From Myxococcales bacterium (GTDB lineage Bacteria; Myxococcota; Myxococcia; Myxococcales; 40CM-4-68-19), in assembly GCA_035261845.1 (NCBI GenBank), contig DATFTN010000197.1, positions 17,923 to 81,922 on the forward strand: a stretch of DNA of 64,000 nucleotides. The letters run 5' to 3'. The translations under genes and the position numbers were made by a program. The notes below the pieces were generated by a model. It made no database searches. It worked only from the letters and a program-made list of their open reading frames with translations, and was not told the DNA's origin. This document shows positions 36,029 to 45,962 of this stretch, one piece after another (the stretch's first letter is position 1; every line of letters starts with the position of its first letter).

Positions 36029-38536
36029 TCAGCTCTGCGCGGCCGACTGTGGAGTGGCCTGCTCGCCGCCCGGCTCCGGAGCCTCGCGCCGGTAGCCGCA
36101 CTGTTTGTCGGGGCAGGCGATGTAGGGCCCCTCGCGCTTGGAGTACTTCGAGAGGAGGTAGGGCTTGCCGCACTGCGGGCACGGTCCCGGGATGGGCCGG
36201 TCCCACGCGGCGAACTTGCAGTTCGGGTAGTTCACGCAGCCGTAGAACGACTTGCCGAACCGGGTCCGCCGTTCGGCCAGGCCGCCGCCGTCGTCCGGGC
36301 AGACGACGTCCTTCAGGGTGATGGGCCGGGTGGTCTTGCAGTTCGGGTAGTCGCTGCAGGCGAGGAAGCGGCCGAACCGGCCCCGCTTGTTCACCATGGG
36401 CTTGCCGCAGGTGGGGCAGGTCTCCTCCGTGGGTATGTCCTCGACCACCTCGATCTTGCCATTCTTCTCGACGAAGTCCTTGGTGTTCTTGCAGTCGGGA
36501 TACCCGGAGCACGCCAGGAAGCGCCCCATCCGTCCCCACTTGATGACCATGGGCGAGCCGCACTTCTCGCAGATCAGGTCGGTGGGCTGCTCTTCGCGCT
36601 TCACGTCGCGCATGGTCTTTTCCGCTGCGTTGAGGCTCTTCTTGAACGGCCCGTAGAACTCCTCGAGGACCTTCACCCATTGCATCTTGCCTTCCTCGAC
36701 CTCGTCGAGCTCGTCCTCCATGTGCGCGGTGAACTCGACGTCGAGGATGCGCGGAAATGCATCGACCAGGAGCTCGTTGACGATCTTGCCCAGGTCGGTG
36801 GGGAAGAAGCGGTTCTCCTTCTTCTCCACGTACTCCTTGTCTTGGATGGTGGAGAGGATGGACGCGTAGGTGGAGGGGCGCCCGATGCCCTTCTCTTCCA
36901 GCTCCTTCACCAGCGACGCTTCCGTGAAGCGGGGCGGCGGCTGGGTGAAGTGTTGCTCCGGGATGAGCTGCACCAGCTCCAGGCGCTGGCCCTCCTCGAG
37001 CGGCGGGAGCTGGCGCGCGACGTCGCCCTTCTCCTCGTCCTCCCCCTCCATCTTCTCGGCGCCCGCCTCCGGCTCCTCGGGCACCACCGCGCCGTACACC
37101 GCGAGGTAGCCGGGGAACTTCAAGGTCTGCCCCGTGGCGCGGAAGAGGAACGACCGCGGCTCCTTGCTCGCGACGCGCAGCGCCGCAGCGCGCTCGGCCG
37201 GATGCTTCGGCAAGTCGGGCGCCGGGCGCTTGGCCTCGATGTCGGCGGTGGTCTGATCGAACACGGCCGGCACCATCTGGCAGGCGATGAACCGATTCCA
37301 GATCAGCTCGTAGAGCCGGAAGATGTCCCGCTCGAGGTGCTTCTGCACCGAGCTCGGCTCGTACTCCATGCTGGTCGGCCGGATCGCCTCGTGGGCGTCC
37401 TGCGCGCTCTTCTTGGTCTTGAACTGGACGGGCTCCGGCGGCAGGTAGTCCTTGCCGAACTTGGCCGCCACGTACTCGCGCGCGGCGCCGATCGCGTCGG
37501 GTGAGAGCCGGACGGAGTCGGTGCGCATATAAGTGATGAGCGCGACCTGGCCCTCGTCGCCCAGCTCCACGCCTTCGTAGAGCCGCTGGGCGAGGGTCAT
37601 CGTCTTCTTCGCCGAGAAGCCCAGCCGGTTGGCCGCCTCCTGCTGCAGCTTGCTGGTGATGAAGGGAGCGGGCGCGTTGCGCCGGCGCTCCTTCTTCTGC
37701 ACCGACTGCACGGTGAAGGGGAGCTTCTCCAGCTCGTCGACGAGGGGTTGGGTCACCTCCCGCGAGGGGAGCTCGATCTTCTCGCCGTCCAGCTTGATCA
37801 GCTTGGCGCGGAACTGCGGAGGAAGCGCGGCCTTGAGGTCCGCCTCGATGGACCAGTACTCGACCGGGACGAAGGCCGCGATCTCGTTCTCGCGCTCGAC
37901 GATCAGGCGGACCGCCACGCTCTGCACCCGCCCGGCGGAGAGCCCGCGGCGCACCTTCTTCCAGAGGATGGGCGAGATCTTGTAGCCCACCAGCCGATCC
38001 AGCACGCGCCGCGCCTGCTGCGCGTCGTACATGTCCCGGTTCAGCTCCAGCGGGTTCTTGATCGCCTCCTGGATGGCCTTCTTGGTGATCTCGTTGAAGA
38101 GCACCCGCTGGGCGGGCAGCCGGCGGGCGACCTGCTGCTTCACGTGCCAGGCGATGGCCTCGCCTTCGCGGTCCGGGTCGGTGGCGAGCAGCACGCGGTC
38201 GGCGTTCTTGGCGGCGGCCCGCAGCTCGGTGACCACCTTCTGCTTGCCCTTGATCACCTCGTAGACCGGCTCGAATCCGTTCTCGACGTCCACCCCGATC
38301 TTCGACTTCGGCAGATCCAGGATGTGGCCCACCGAGGCCTTCACCGTGTATCCGGAGCCCAGGTACTTCTTGATGGTCTTCGCCTTGGCCGGCGACTCCA
38401 CGACCACCAGCGTGTTGCGGAAGACCTTCGGCGCGCCGGACGAGGGGCCCTTCCCCTTGCGTCCGTCGGCCTTGAGGGTGGCCTTCTTGGGTGCTGTCTT
38501 GGGTGCTGTCTTGGGTGCTGTCTTGGCGCTTGCCAT
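36029..38536 (-). CDS. topA: DNA topoisomerase I
   Basis: Track ORF of 835 aa. The Toprim start is [18 protein letters not shown]. Four C-terminal zinc-ribbon motifs are present. A Lys/Ala/Pro N-terminal extension is also present. Confidence 0.95.
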   Translation of the reverse strand: MASAKTAPKTAPKTAPKKATLKADGRKGKGPSSGAPKVFRNTLVVVESPAKAKTIKKYLGSGYTVKASVGHILDLPKSKIGVDVENGFEPVYEVIKGKQKVVTELRAAAKNADRVLLATDPDREGEAIAWHVKQQVARRLPAQRVLFNEITKKAIQEAIKNPLELNRDMYDAQQARRVLDRLVGYKISPILWKKVRRGLSAGRVQSVAVRLIVERENEIAAFVPVEYWSIEADLKAALPPQFRAKLIKLDGEKIELPSREVTQPLVDELEKLPFTVQSVQKKERRRNAPAPFITSKLQQEAANRLGFSAKKTMTLAQRLYEGVELGDEGQVALITYMRTDSVRLSPDAIGAAREYVAAKFGKDYLPPEPVQFKTKKSAQDAHEAIRPTSMEYEPSSVQKHLERDIFRLYELIWNRFIACQMVPAVFDQTTADIEAKRPAPDLPKHPAERAAALRVASKEPRSFLFRATGQTLKFPGYLAVYGAVVPEEPEAGAEKMEGEDEEKGDVARQLPPLEEGQRLELVQLIPEQHFTQPPPRFTEASLVKELEEKGIGRPSTYASILSTIQDKEYVEKKENRFFPTDLGKIVNELLVDAFPRILDVEFTAHMEDELDEVEEGKMQWVKVLEEFYGPFKKSLNAAEKTMRDVKREEQPTDLICEKCGSPMVIKWGRMGRFLACSGYPDCKNTKDFVEKNGKIEVVEDIPTEETCPTCGKPMVNKRGRFGRFLACSDYPNCKTTRPITLKDVVCPDDGGGLAERRTRFGKSFYGCVNYPNCKFAAWDRPIPGPCPQCGKPYLLSKYSKREGPYIACPDKQCGYRREAPEPGGEQATPQSAAQS
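38489..38524 (-). repeat. 12-bp tandem repeat x3 encoding (KTAP)3 in the topA N-terminal extension
   Basis: The plus strand reads gggtgctgtctt three times in a row (38489-38500, 38501-38512, 38513-38524). Confidence 0.9.
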
Positions 38537-38554
38537 GATCTCCCTGGGGCGGCT

Positions 38555-39832
38555 CTAGATGCCGGCACTCCCGTTTCGGTTCACGACCAAACCTGGGCAG
38601 CGGACGAAAACCTTCCCGGGTTTCTGGTGGATGAGTCCCTTTATCTCCAGCTCCGTCAGCCAGCGGAGCGCCTCGTGGGCAGGAAGCTGCGCCCGCGCGG
38701 CCAGGGCGTCCACGTGCAAGGGCCGCCCTCCGTCGAAAAGCTCCCAGACCCGCCGGGCCGGCCCGTCGAGCGGCTGCTCGATCGGCCTCGGCGCAGGAGC
38801 GCGACCGGCCGGCTTCCCGGAAGGAAGGACGGCGCTCTCGCGAGCAGCGTGGGGACCGCGCTGCGACCAGCCGAGCAGCTCCACGATCTCCCCGGCGCAG
38901 CTGACGGGCGAGGCGGCGCCGGCGGCCAGCAGGCGATGCGGGCCGGCCGCGAGGGGATCCGCTCCTTCTCCCGGCACGGCAAAGATCGGCCTGCCCAACG
39001 CTGCCGCATGCTTCGCGGTGATGAGCGCGCCGGAAGCGGCCGCGGCTCGGACGACCACCGTGGCGTGGGATAGACCCGCGATCGTCCGGTTGCGGCGGGG
39101 AAAGTTCGGGGGCGCCGCGGGAGTCCCCGGTGGCAGCTCGCTCACCACTGCTCCGCCGGCGGAGGCGATGCGCTCGAACAGGGCTTCGTTCTCCGGCGGG
39201 TACGGCATGTCGATGCCGCTCCCCAGCACGGCGACGGTGCGGCCCGCGCCCCACAGGGCACCCGCGTGCGCCTCCGCGTCCACGCCGCGCGCCCCGCCCG
39301 AGACCACCTCGACGCCCGCGGTGGCAAGACCTTCGGCGAGCTCTCGCGAGAGACGAAGCGCCGGTTCGTCGGCGGCGCGCGCGCCGACCAGGGCGACGCG
39401 CCGGGCGACGGCCGGCAGCTCGCCGCGCACGAAGAGCACCGGCGGCGGCTTTCCGATGCATCGGAGCAGCTCGGGATACGACTCGTCCCGCGGCGTGATC
39501 ACCCGGGCCCCGACAGCCTTGGCCGCGGAGATCGCCCAGGCGCCCAGCGCCTGCAGATCTGGCCGCTGCGCGAGAAACTCGCGCGTCCTGCGCCCCAGCC
39601 GCAGCTCCGCCGCCTTCGATGCGAGGGCGCCCGGCCCTGCCTGGAGAGCTCCGGCCGGCGATCCGAAGGCCTGCGCCAGGCGCTCCACCGATCCCGCGCC
39701 CATCCCGGGAACACAGGCGAGCGCGCAGACGGCGACGACCTCCCGCTCAGGGTCGTGCGCGCCTCCCGCCGCCGTCTGGATTGTTTCCGTCACCGCCGAC
39801 GCCCTCCCGCGAGGTGCTGCGTCAAGCCACAT
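38555..39832 (-). CDS. dprA: DNA processing protein DprA (Smf)
   Basis: Track ORF 38555..40258 trimmed to MWLDAAPRG. Motifs seen: VALVGARAA, VVSGGARGVDAEAH, FPRRNRTIAGLS. A winged-helix-like C-terminus is present. Confidence 0.85.
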   Translation of the reverse strand: MWLDAAPRGRASAVTETIQTAAGGAHDPEREVVAVCALACVPGMGAGSVERLAQAFGSPAGALQAGPGALASKAAELRLGRRTREFLAQRPDLQALGAWAISAAKAVGARVITPRDESYPELLRCIGKPPPVLFVRGELPAVARRVALVGARAADEPALRLSRELAEGLATAGVEVVSGGARGVDAEAHAGALWGAGRTVAVLGSGIDMPYPPENEALFERIASAGGAVVSELPPGTPAAPPNFPRRNRTIAGLSHATVVVRAAAASGALITAKHAAALGRPIFAVPGEGADPLAAGPHRLLAAGAASPVSCAGEIVELLGWSQRGPHAARESAVLPSGKPAGRAPAPRPIEQPLDGPARRVWELFDGGRPLHVDALAARAQLPAHEALRWLTELEIKGLIHQKPGKVFVRCPGLVVNRNGSAGI

Positions 39833-39858
39833 CCCGGCCGGAGGGTCAAGCGGCCTTC

Positions 39859-41430
39859 TTACGGACCGCCCGATCCCTGGAGGCGCATTTCGACCACATC
39901 GCCCTTCCGAAGCTCCTTCACGCTCCTCACCACCACCGCGGTGCTGAGCCGGTCCTTCACGTCCACCACCAGCAGCAGGCCCACGCTCTCGTAAGGCACG
40001 GCGACGCCGGCCGCCCGCGAGCCGGTCGCGCCCATGTTGTAGGCCTCGCCGTACACGGCCAAATCGTGCAGGCCGTCGCCCTTGCGGACCACCGCGAAGG
40101 TGTTGCCCACCTCCACGCCGTCCCTCTCGCCCTTGTCGATGAACACCTCGTTGGACTCGCCCAAGGTGGTCAGCCCCCGGCGCACCGCCGAGACGATGAC
40201 GCCCCGCATCTCCTTCGAGTTCGGCTTGGGCGCCACCCTGAGGTCCTGATCCGTCCACGGCCGGGCCAGGTCGCCGCGCTCGATCTCCTCCCAGGTGCGG
40301 GTGATCTGCACGGTGGCCAGCCGGCCGTCGACCGAGATCACCTTGGCCTCGCCCATGCTGCGGGTCTGCGTGCCGAGCCGCCGGCCGGTCACCGGCTGCA
40401 CGATGTCGCCTTCGGGCCGGAAGAGGATGATCCGGTCGCCGATGTTCACCTCCGCTCCGCGGGGGAACCGCACGTAGGCGGTGTCGAAGGTCGAGAGCAT
40501 GTCCTTCTCCTCGAAGGACGCGTCCAGCGAGCCGGCCTGCCGCATCTCCTCGGGAGTGACCAGGCCGCTGTCGTGCACGGTCAGCACGGGAGGCGGCTTG
40601 AATGCGAGCTTGCCACTGACCGAAACCGTGTTGCCCGACTGGTCGAATTCGCGGCTGCCCTTGCGCACCACCGCGAGGTCAGCCGCCTCGGGCGGCGAGG
40701 TGTCCACCTGGTTGGCGATCTCCGACTGCGGGCGCTCGTCCTCCGGCTCGACCTGCGTCGGGGCCTGCGGACCCTGGCCGGGGATGAGCTTCAGCTTGTT
40801 GCCCGGATAGATCCAGTGCGGGTTCTCGATGTACGCGTTGAGGCTCCAGATCTTCGGCCAGTACCAGGGGTTGTTGAGGAACTTCTGCGACAGGTCCCAC
40901 AGCGTGTCGCCCTTCACGATGACGTAGATCTCGGGAGTGTCGGGCTGGATCTGCATGCCCTTCTCCTCGGCGGATTTGGGCATCACCAGCCTGCCCTCCG
41001 GACCCTCGCTCGTCAGCGGAGGCTCGGGCTGCATCACGCGCTGCGGGCGCGTCTCGCCGTGCGCGACGGCCTCGTCCTGCTGCGCGGCCTCGCTGGAGGG
41101 CGACGGGACCGTCGCCGGCGCCGCATCGGTTTTCGCGGGACCCTTCCCCTTGCGCCGGCGCTTCGGCTTGGCCAGGGCTTCCGCCCGGGCCGGACCTTCC
41201 AGCGCCGGCGGCGCCTCGACCCGGCTGGGCCCTTCGAGGTCGTTGGGTGCGGCCGCGGGGTTGGCAGCGCCGGCGGAGTCGGGCGCGGCCGCGGGAGCAG
41301 GCGCGGGGGGCGGAGCGGCCAGGCGGCTGGGGCCCTCCAGCTCCTCCGCGCGGGACGGCCAGACGAACGCGGCCGCGGCGGCGGCGGCGAGCGCCGCCCT
41401 GCGCAACCGAGAGATGGTCTTGGTCCGCAT
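39859..41430 (-). CDS. Secreted LysM-domain protein
   Basis: C-terminal part of shadow ORF 39859..43200. The ATG at 41430 gives MRTKTISRLRRAALAAAAAAAF. The LysM domain reads YVIVKGDTLWDLSQKFLNNPWYWPKIW. The motif LEGPSR/LEGPAR occurs three times. Confidence 0.8.
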   Translation of the reverse strand: MRTKTISRLRRAALAAAAAAAFVWPSRAEELEGPSRLAAPPPAPAPAAAPDSAGAANPAAAPNDLEGPSRVEAPPALEGPARAEALAKPKRRRKGKGPAKTDAAPATVPSPSSEAAQQDEAVAHGETRPQRVMQPEPPLTSEGPEGRLVMPKSAEEKGMQIQPDTPEIYVIVKGDTLWDLSQKFLNNPWYWPKIWSLNAYIENPHWIYPGNKLKLIPGQGPQAPTQVEPEDERPQSEIANQVDTSPPEAADLAVVRKGSREFDQSGNTVSVSGKLAFKPPPVLTVHDSGLVTPEEMRQAGSLDASFEEKDMLSTFDTAYVRFPRGAEVNIGDRIILFRPEGDIVQPVTGRRLGTQTRSMGEAKVISVDGRLATVQITRTWEEIERGDLARPWTDQDLRVAPKPNSKEMRGVIVSAVRRGLTTLGESNEVFIDKGERDGVEVGNTFAVVRKGDGLHDLAVYGEAYNMGATGSRAAGVAVPYESVGLLLVVDVKDRLSTAVVVRSVKELRKGDVVEMRLQGSGGP

Positions 41431-42257
41431 CAGTGCCTCCCCGAGTCGATGTCGAGACTCATCAGGAGCTGGCGGGCAGCGCCCCCTTCCACGCCCTCCG
41501 GGTGCTCCCGCACGATCTTCGCGAACAGCTCGCGCGCCTCGTCCTTGCGCTGCATCCTGGTCAGGCAGCGGCCCTTCTCCACCATCGAGGCCAGCACGGC
41601 GTCGCCGGCCGGGTACGTCAGCGGCACCCGCTCGAACAGCGCCACGGCGCCGGCGCAGTCGCCGTTGTGCTCGCGGATGAGCCCGGCCAGGTAGAGCGCG
41701 TTGTCGGCGGCCGTGTGGCGCGGGTGCTCGCCGGCGAAGGCGAGCAGCTCGGTCTCGGCGGCCTCCAGCTCGCCCCGGTTGAGCTTGCCGACGGCTTGCG
41801 CGAAGGCGTGATCGGCGTCCAGCTCGGCCCGGATGCCCGGATCGACTGCCGCCGCTTCGAGGCGCTCGAGCGTCTCCTGGTCGGGCTCCTTGATCGAGAT
41901 GGAGTTGGGGATGTTCGGCGCGCGGTCGACCGGGTTGTAGTCGCGGCGCCGGCGGCGGCCCTCGCCGAGCTTGACCGTCTTCAGCTTCGGCCGCGGGTCG
42001 TGCGCGGGAGCGGCGACCGGCGCGGAAGCAGGCGCCGGCTTTTCGGCACGGGCCGCGGCCGCCTGCTTCGCGTCGGCGCGAGCCGCCAGGGCGGCGAGCT
42101 TCACTTCCAGGTCCTCGATCCGGCGCTGCTGCGCGGCGACCTGCGCGGATTGCGCGGCGAGCTGCCCCTTCAGCTCGAGCAGCGCGTCCTCGCGCACCTG
42201 TGCGCCCGCGCAAGCAGCGCACGACGCGAGGGCGAGGATCGGCTGCCAAAAACGCAA
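41430..42257 (-). CDS. YbgF/CpoB-like lipoprotein (coiled coil plus TPR-like C-terminus)
   Basis: Track ORF of 275 aa. The TTG start follows GGAGGA. Lipobox is ALASC. The coiled-coil region is Ala/Gln-rich. The C-terminus reads DNALYLAGLIREHNGDCAGAVALFERV. Confidence 0.6.
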   Translation of the reverse strand: MRFWQPILALASCAACAGAQVREDALLELKGQLAAQSAQVAAQQRRIEDLEVKLAALAARADAKQAAAARAEKPAPASAPVAAPAHDPRPKLKTVKLGEGRRRRRDYNPVDRAPNIPNSISIKEPDQETLERLEAAAVDPGIRAELDADHAFAQAVGKLNRGELEAAETELLAFAGEHPRHTAADNALYLAGLIREHNGDCAGAVALFERVPLTYPAGDAVLASMVEKGRCLTRMQRKDEARELFAKIVREHPEGVEGGAARQLLMSLDIDSGRH

Positions 42258-42338
42258 GGGATTCCTCCGTTAAGCAGGCGGATCTGCTCAGCATGATGGC
42301 GGCCGCTCCAGGGAGTGTCAAAGAATCGCGAAGGGATT

Positions 42339-43169
42339 TCAGAGGGCGCGCGAGGCGATGAAAGCCAAGTGTCTTCCGGTAGTTCCGCGATCGCGCCGGT
42401 GGCTGAAACAGGCGGAGATGTCGCACGATGTGCACCCGCCGGCGTGCTCGATCCGCTCTTGTCGTACACCCGCCGACCGCAGCGCGGATTCTACGCAAAA
42501 GCGCAGATCGAGGTGCGGCTTCGCGGTGGTCTGCGGGTCGTCGGCGGCCTGGGGCCCGAAGAGCGAGCGGAAGAGCGCGGCCAGGTCCTTGCCGACTTCG
42601 TAGCAGCAGCGCTCGATGCACGGGCCCACCGCGGCGAGCATCCGCGCGGGCTCCGCGCGCGAGACGTGCTGCATGGCCCGCACCCCGCGCCCGGCGATCG
42701 CGGCGCGCGCTCCGCGCCATCCGGAGTGGACGGCAGCCGCGAGACCACGGTCCGGCGCGTAGAGCAGCACCGGGACGCAGTCGGCGACGCGCACCGCGGC
42801 AGCCACGCCGGGCCCCAGCGCGATCACGGCGTCGGCGCGCACCGCTCCATCCGTCTCCGGGCCGGCTTCGGCCTCGCTTCCGGAGCTCGGCGGGAAGATC
42901 TCGGTCAGGGGCGCCCCGCGCGTCGCGCCGACCACCCGATCCCCGTGCACCTGGTGCGCGGAGGCGAAGGCTTGCGGCCCCTCGAGCCCGGCGGCCTCCG
43001 CCAGCCGGCGCAGGTTCTCTTGCACGGCCGCCGGATCGTCTCCCACGCCGCGTCCCAGATTCAGCGACTCGTATGGTCCGCGGGACACCCCGCCGGTCCG
43101 CACCGAAAACCCGTGCACGACGCCTTCCGCCGACAGGAGCCGCGAGGTGAGAAAGAGCCGCTCGCCCAT
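42339..43169 (-). CDS. pgeF: PgeF/YfiH family (laccase-domain) purine nucleoside phosphorylase-like protein
   Basis: Track ORF of 276 aa. Motifs seen: VVHGFSVRTGGVS, QVHGDRVV, ADCVPVLL, HSGWRG, CTSCD..FSHRRD. Confidence 0.85.
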   Translation of the reverse strand: MGERLFLTSRLLSAEGVVHGFSVRTGGVSRGPYESLNLGRGVGDDPAAVQENLRRLAEAAGLEGPQAFASAHQVHGDRVVGATRGAPLTEIFPPSSGSEAEAGPETDGAVRADAVIALGPGVAAAVRVADCVPVLLYAPDRGLAAAVHSGWRGARAAIAGRGVRAMQHVSRAEPARMLAAVGPCIERCCYEVGKDLAALFRSLFGPQAADDPQTTAKPHLDLRFCVESALRSAGVRQERIEHAGGCTSCDISACFSHRRDRGTTGRHLAFIASRAL

Positions 43170-43243
43170 CCTGCCATTGTAGCGGCTTCAAGCGTTTCAC
43201 GCGGAGAGCGCGGAGGAAAAGGAGAGAGCGCGGAGATTCGTGG

Positions 43244-43837
43244 CTAGAGATCCTGGGTGAGGGTGGGGCCGTCGCTGGGGCGGGACTGCTCGATGGCGGG
43301 ATCGAGGGGCTGCGGGCCGCGGACGGGGCCGCGTTGCATCAGCACGATGCGCTCGCCGCTCGCGTCACCCACGTCGTCGCCGCCCGGACCCAGATCGCGC
43401 AGGCCCTCCAGCACCAGCCGGTCGCCGATCCTGCGCACCCTGTAGGCGGTGCGCGCGCCGTCGCTGCGGCCGTCGCCGAGCAAGAAGACGTCCTCCTTCA
43501 GCTCCCAGCTGCACGAGCGGTCGGAGATGCCCGGCTCCTCGCCGTCGACGGAGACGGCCAGCGCCAGCCTGCAGGCGCCGCCCGCCGAGAGGGTGAGCGC
43601 GCCGCGCTCGGTGAGCACGTGCTCGGCGCCCGAGGCGTCGAGGAGCCGCGTGCCGGACTCGGTGATCTCGACCAGGCGCTCCACGCCGTCGAGCGTGGCG
43701 CGCGAGCGGATCGACTCGACCTGGTACTGGCCGGCCGCGAGCATCGGCCGATCCGACCGTCCCGCCCCGGAGCCGTGCGCGCAGGCGACGCCCAAGGCCA
43801 CCGCCGCCAGGACCGCCACCCTCGACCCGCTCGCCAT
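43244..43837 (-). CDS. Hypothetical lipoprotein (197 aa)
   Basis: C-terminal part of shadow ORF 43244..44692. The ATG at 43837 gives MASGSRVAVLAAVALGVACAHG, which contains a lipobox. Confidence 0.55.
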   Translation of the reverse strand: MASGSRVAVLAAVALGVACAHGSGAGRSDRPMLAAGQYQVESIRSRATLDGVERLVEITESGTRLLDASGAEHVLTERGALTLSAGGACRLALAVSVDGEEPGISDRSCSWELKEDVFLLGDGRSDGARTAYRVRRIGDRLVLEGLRDLGPGGDDVGDASGERIVLMQRGPVRGPQPLDPAIEQSRPSDGPTLTQDL

Positions 43838-43898
43838 GGCCTTTCCCGCCCCGTGCCCGGCGCCGCTCCAGCGCGGCGCGACCGCCCCCTCCGGGTTT

Positions 43899-43914
43899 TG
43901 CACGAGGCTTGCCA
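43899..43914 (-). promoter_or_regulatory. Candidate sigma-54 promoter (-24/-12)
   Basis: The minus strand reads TGGCAAGCCTCGTGCA. GG and GC have the consensus spacing of TGGCAC-N5-TTGCA. It lies about 60 nt upstream of the lipoprotein ATG at 43837. Confidence 0.3.
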
Positions 43915-43940
43915 GCTTGCCGCCCGGATCCTTGGTTTCC

Positions 43941-43964
43941 GGATGGGAAAGCGCGTTCCCATCC
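43941..43964 (-). terminator. Perfect 9-bp hairpin downstream of dedA (no U-tract)
   Basis: GGATGGGAA-N6-TTCCCATCC, 20 nt after the dedA stop at 43984. Confidence 0.35.
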
Positions 43965-43983
43965 AGGCCGGGGGCGTGTCCCG

Positions 43984-44622
43984 CTACGGTCCGCCGGTGG
44001 CCCGCGTCGTCTGGCGGCGCGAGGTCTGCTTCCAGACGAAGTACGCGATGCCCGCGACGATGAGGACCCCGATGACGATGTCCGCGCGGTGGAACCAGGC
44101 CGTGAGCAGCTCGCGGTTCTCGCCCACCTTCATGCCGACCCAGCCGAGGCCCAGGCACCAGGGGAACGAACCGACGAAGGTGTAGACGATGAACTTGCCC
44201 ATCGGCATCCGGGCGACGCCGGCGGGAAAGGCGATGAAGGTCCTGACCACGGGCAGGAGCCGGGCGATCAAGACGGTGATGTGCCCCCGGCGGACGAAGA
44301 ACCGCTCTCCCCAGTCGAGGTGCTCGGCGTTCATCAGGAAGTACTTTCCGTAGCGGAGCACCAGCGCGCGCCCGCCGTACATGCCGGCGTAGTAAGCGGG
44401 GATGGAGCCCAGGACGCAGCCGATGGCTCCCGCCAGCGCGATGCCCCACAGGGTGAAGCGCCCGGTCGCCACCAGCCAGCCGGCGAACGGCATGATCATC
44501 TCGCTGGGGAGCGGGATGCAGCAGCTCTCGATGGCCATCAGCAGGGCGACGCCGGGATAGCCCATCGCCGAGATGACCCCCGAGATCCAGGTGAAGAGGG
44601 CTTCGAGAAAGCGGGTGATCAT
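43984..44622 (-). CDS. dedA: DedA-family membrane protein
   Basis: Track ORF of 212 aa. Motifs seen: GYPGVALLMAIESCCIPLPSE, RLLPVVRTFIAFPAGVARM. Its ATG overlaps the kamA TGA as ATGA. Confidence 0.85.
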   Translation of the reverse strand: MITRFLEALFTWISGVISAMGYPGVALLMAIESCCIPLPSEMIMPFAGWLVATGRFTLWGIALAGAIGCVLGSIPAYYAGMYGGRALVLRYGKYFLMNAEHLDWGERFFVRRGHITVLIARLLPVVRTFIAFPAGVARMPMGKFIVYTFVGSFPWCLGLGWVGMKVGENRELLTAWFHRADIVIGVLIVAGIAYFVWKQTSRRQTTRATGGP

Positions 44623-45830
44623 CCGGGGGTCCCTCGCAGCACGCGCAGCCGCGGCGCGGCGGCGGCCGCGCCGGGGTAGAAGACCTCGTCATAGGGGACC
44701 GAGCAATCCGTCTCGGCCGGCTCGGGATAACGGTACTGCTCGCCCCGGTAGTTGCGCAGGACCGTCTCCGAGGCCGACCGCTCCACCACGTAGTCCGGCT
44801 GCAGCGTCACCTTCCCGCCGCCGCCCGGCAGATCGACCGCCAGGTGCGGCACCGCCAGACCGGTGGTCCAGCCGCGCAGGCCCTGCAGGATCTCGATCCC
44901 CTTGGCGAGCGGGGTGCGCAGGTGCTCCAGCCCCTCGGCGACGTCCATCTGGTGGAGGTAGTACGGACGGACCCGCATCGTCAGGCACTTCTGCATCAGG
45001 TCGCGGATGGCCCTGACCGAGGAGTTCAGCCGGCGCATCAGCACCGCCTGGTTCTCCACCGGGATGCCGTGGTCGACGAGTTGCTCGCAGGCTTCCCGTG
45101 CCTCGGGGGTGATCTCCTTGGCGTGGTTGAAGTGCGTGACGACGTACAGCGGGGCGAAGCGGCGCAGCGCGCGGCACAGCTCGCCGTCGACGCGCATGGG
45201 CAGGCAGACCGGAATGCGAGTGCCGATGCGGACGATCTCTACGTGGGGGACCGCGCGGATCCCGTCGAGCAGATCGGCCAGCCGCTCCGTGGAGAGGAGC
45301 AGCGGATCGCCTCCGGAGACGAGCACGTCCCGCACCTCGGGATGCGCGCGCAGGTACCCGAGGGCCTCCTGAAGCTCCTCGCGGGTGATCCCGCCCTCGT
45401 CGCCGCTGGTGATCCGCCGCCGGGTGCAGTGCCGGCAGTAGACGCTGCAGTGGTCGAGGGCGAGCAGGAGGACGCGGTCGGGGTACTTGTGGACGATGGC
45501 GCGCACCGGGCGGTGCAGGTCCTCGCCGAGCGGGTCGCGGAGCTCGCCTTCGTGCTTGGCGGCTTCCGCGCGCACGGGGATCGCTTGCATGCGCACCGGG
45601 CAGAAGGGGTGGGCCGGGTCGATGAGCGACAGGTAGTAGGGCGAGATGCCCAGCCGGAAGATGCCGCGCGTGTCGACGCAGCCGCGCCGCTCGTCCTCGG
45701 TGAGCGGAACGCAGCGCTCCAGCTCGTCGAGAGAGCGCACGGAATGGCGCAGCTGCCAGCGCCAGTCGCGCCACTGCGCATCGGTCGCCTCGGGAAAAAG
45801 GCGCTTCCAGCTCGGCGAAGTGCTCTGCAT
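44619..45830 (-). CDS. kamA: Lysine 2,3-aminomutase (KamA/AblA-type radical SAM, PLP)
   Basis: Track ORF 44619..45890 trimmed to MQSTSPSWKRLFPEATDAQWRDWRWQL. Motifs seen: CSVYCRHCTRRR, SGGDPLL, HQMDVAEGLEHLRT, AVDLPGGGGK. Confidence 0.85.
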   Translation of the reverse strand: MQSTSPSWKRLFPEATDAQWRDWRWQLRHSVRSLDELERCVPLTEDERRGCVDTRGIFRLGISPYYLSLIDPAHPFCPVRMQAIPVRAEAAKHEGELRDPLGEDLHRPVRAIVHKYPDRVLLLALDHCSVYCRHCTRRRITSGDEGGITREELQEALGYLRAHPEVRDVLVSGGDPLLLSTERLADLLDGIRAVPHVEIVRIGTRIPVCLPMRVDGELCRALRRFAPLYVVTHFNHAKEITPEAREACEQLVDHGIPVENQAVLMRRLNSSVRAIRDLMQKCLTMRVRPYYLHQMDVAEGLEHLRTPLAKGIEILQGLRGWTTGLAVPHLAVDLPGGGGKVTLQPDYVVERSASETVLRNYRGEQYRYPEPAETDCSVPYDEVFYPGAAAAAPRLRVLRGTPG

Positions 45831-45962
45831 GCGTCCGGAGGGGAACCCGCGGGGGCGCGGGAAGATGCCGCCCGCCCGGGCCGGCGTCAAGCCAGGAAGC
45901 GAGCGAGCACGTCCGCGACCCGGGAGGGAAGCGGGCGCGTCCTCGGCCCTGAGGCTTTACAC

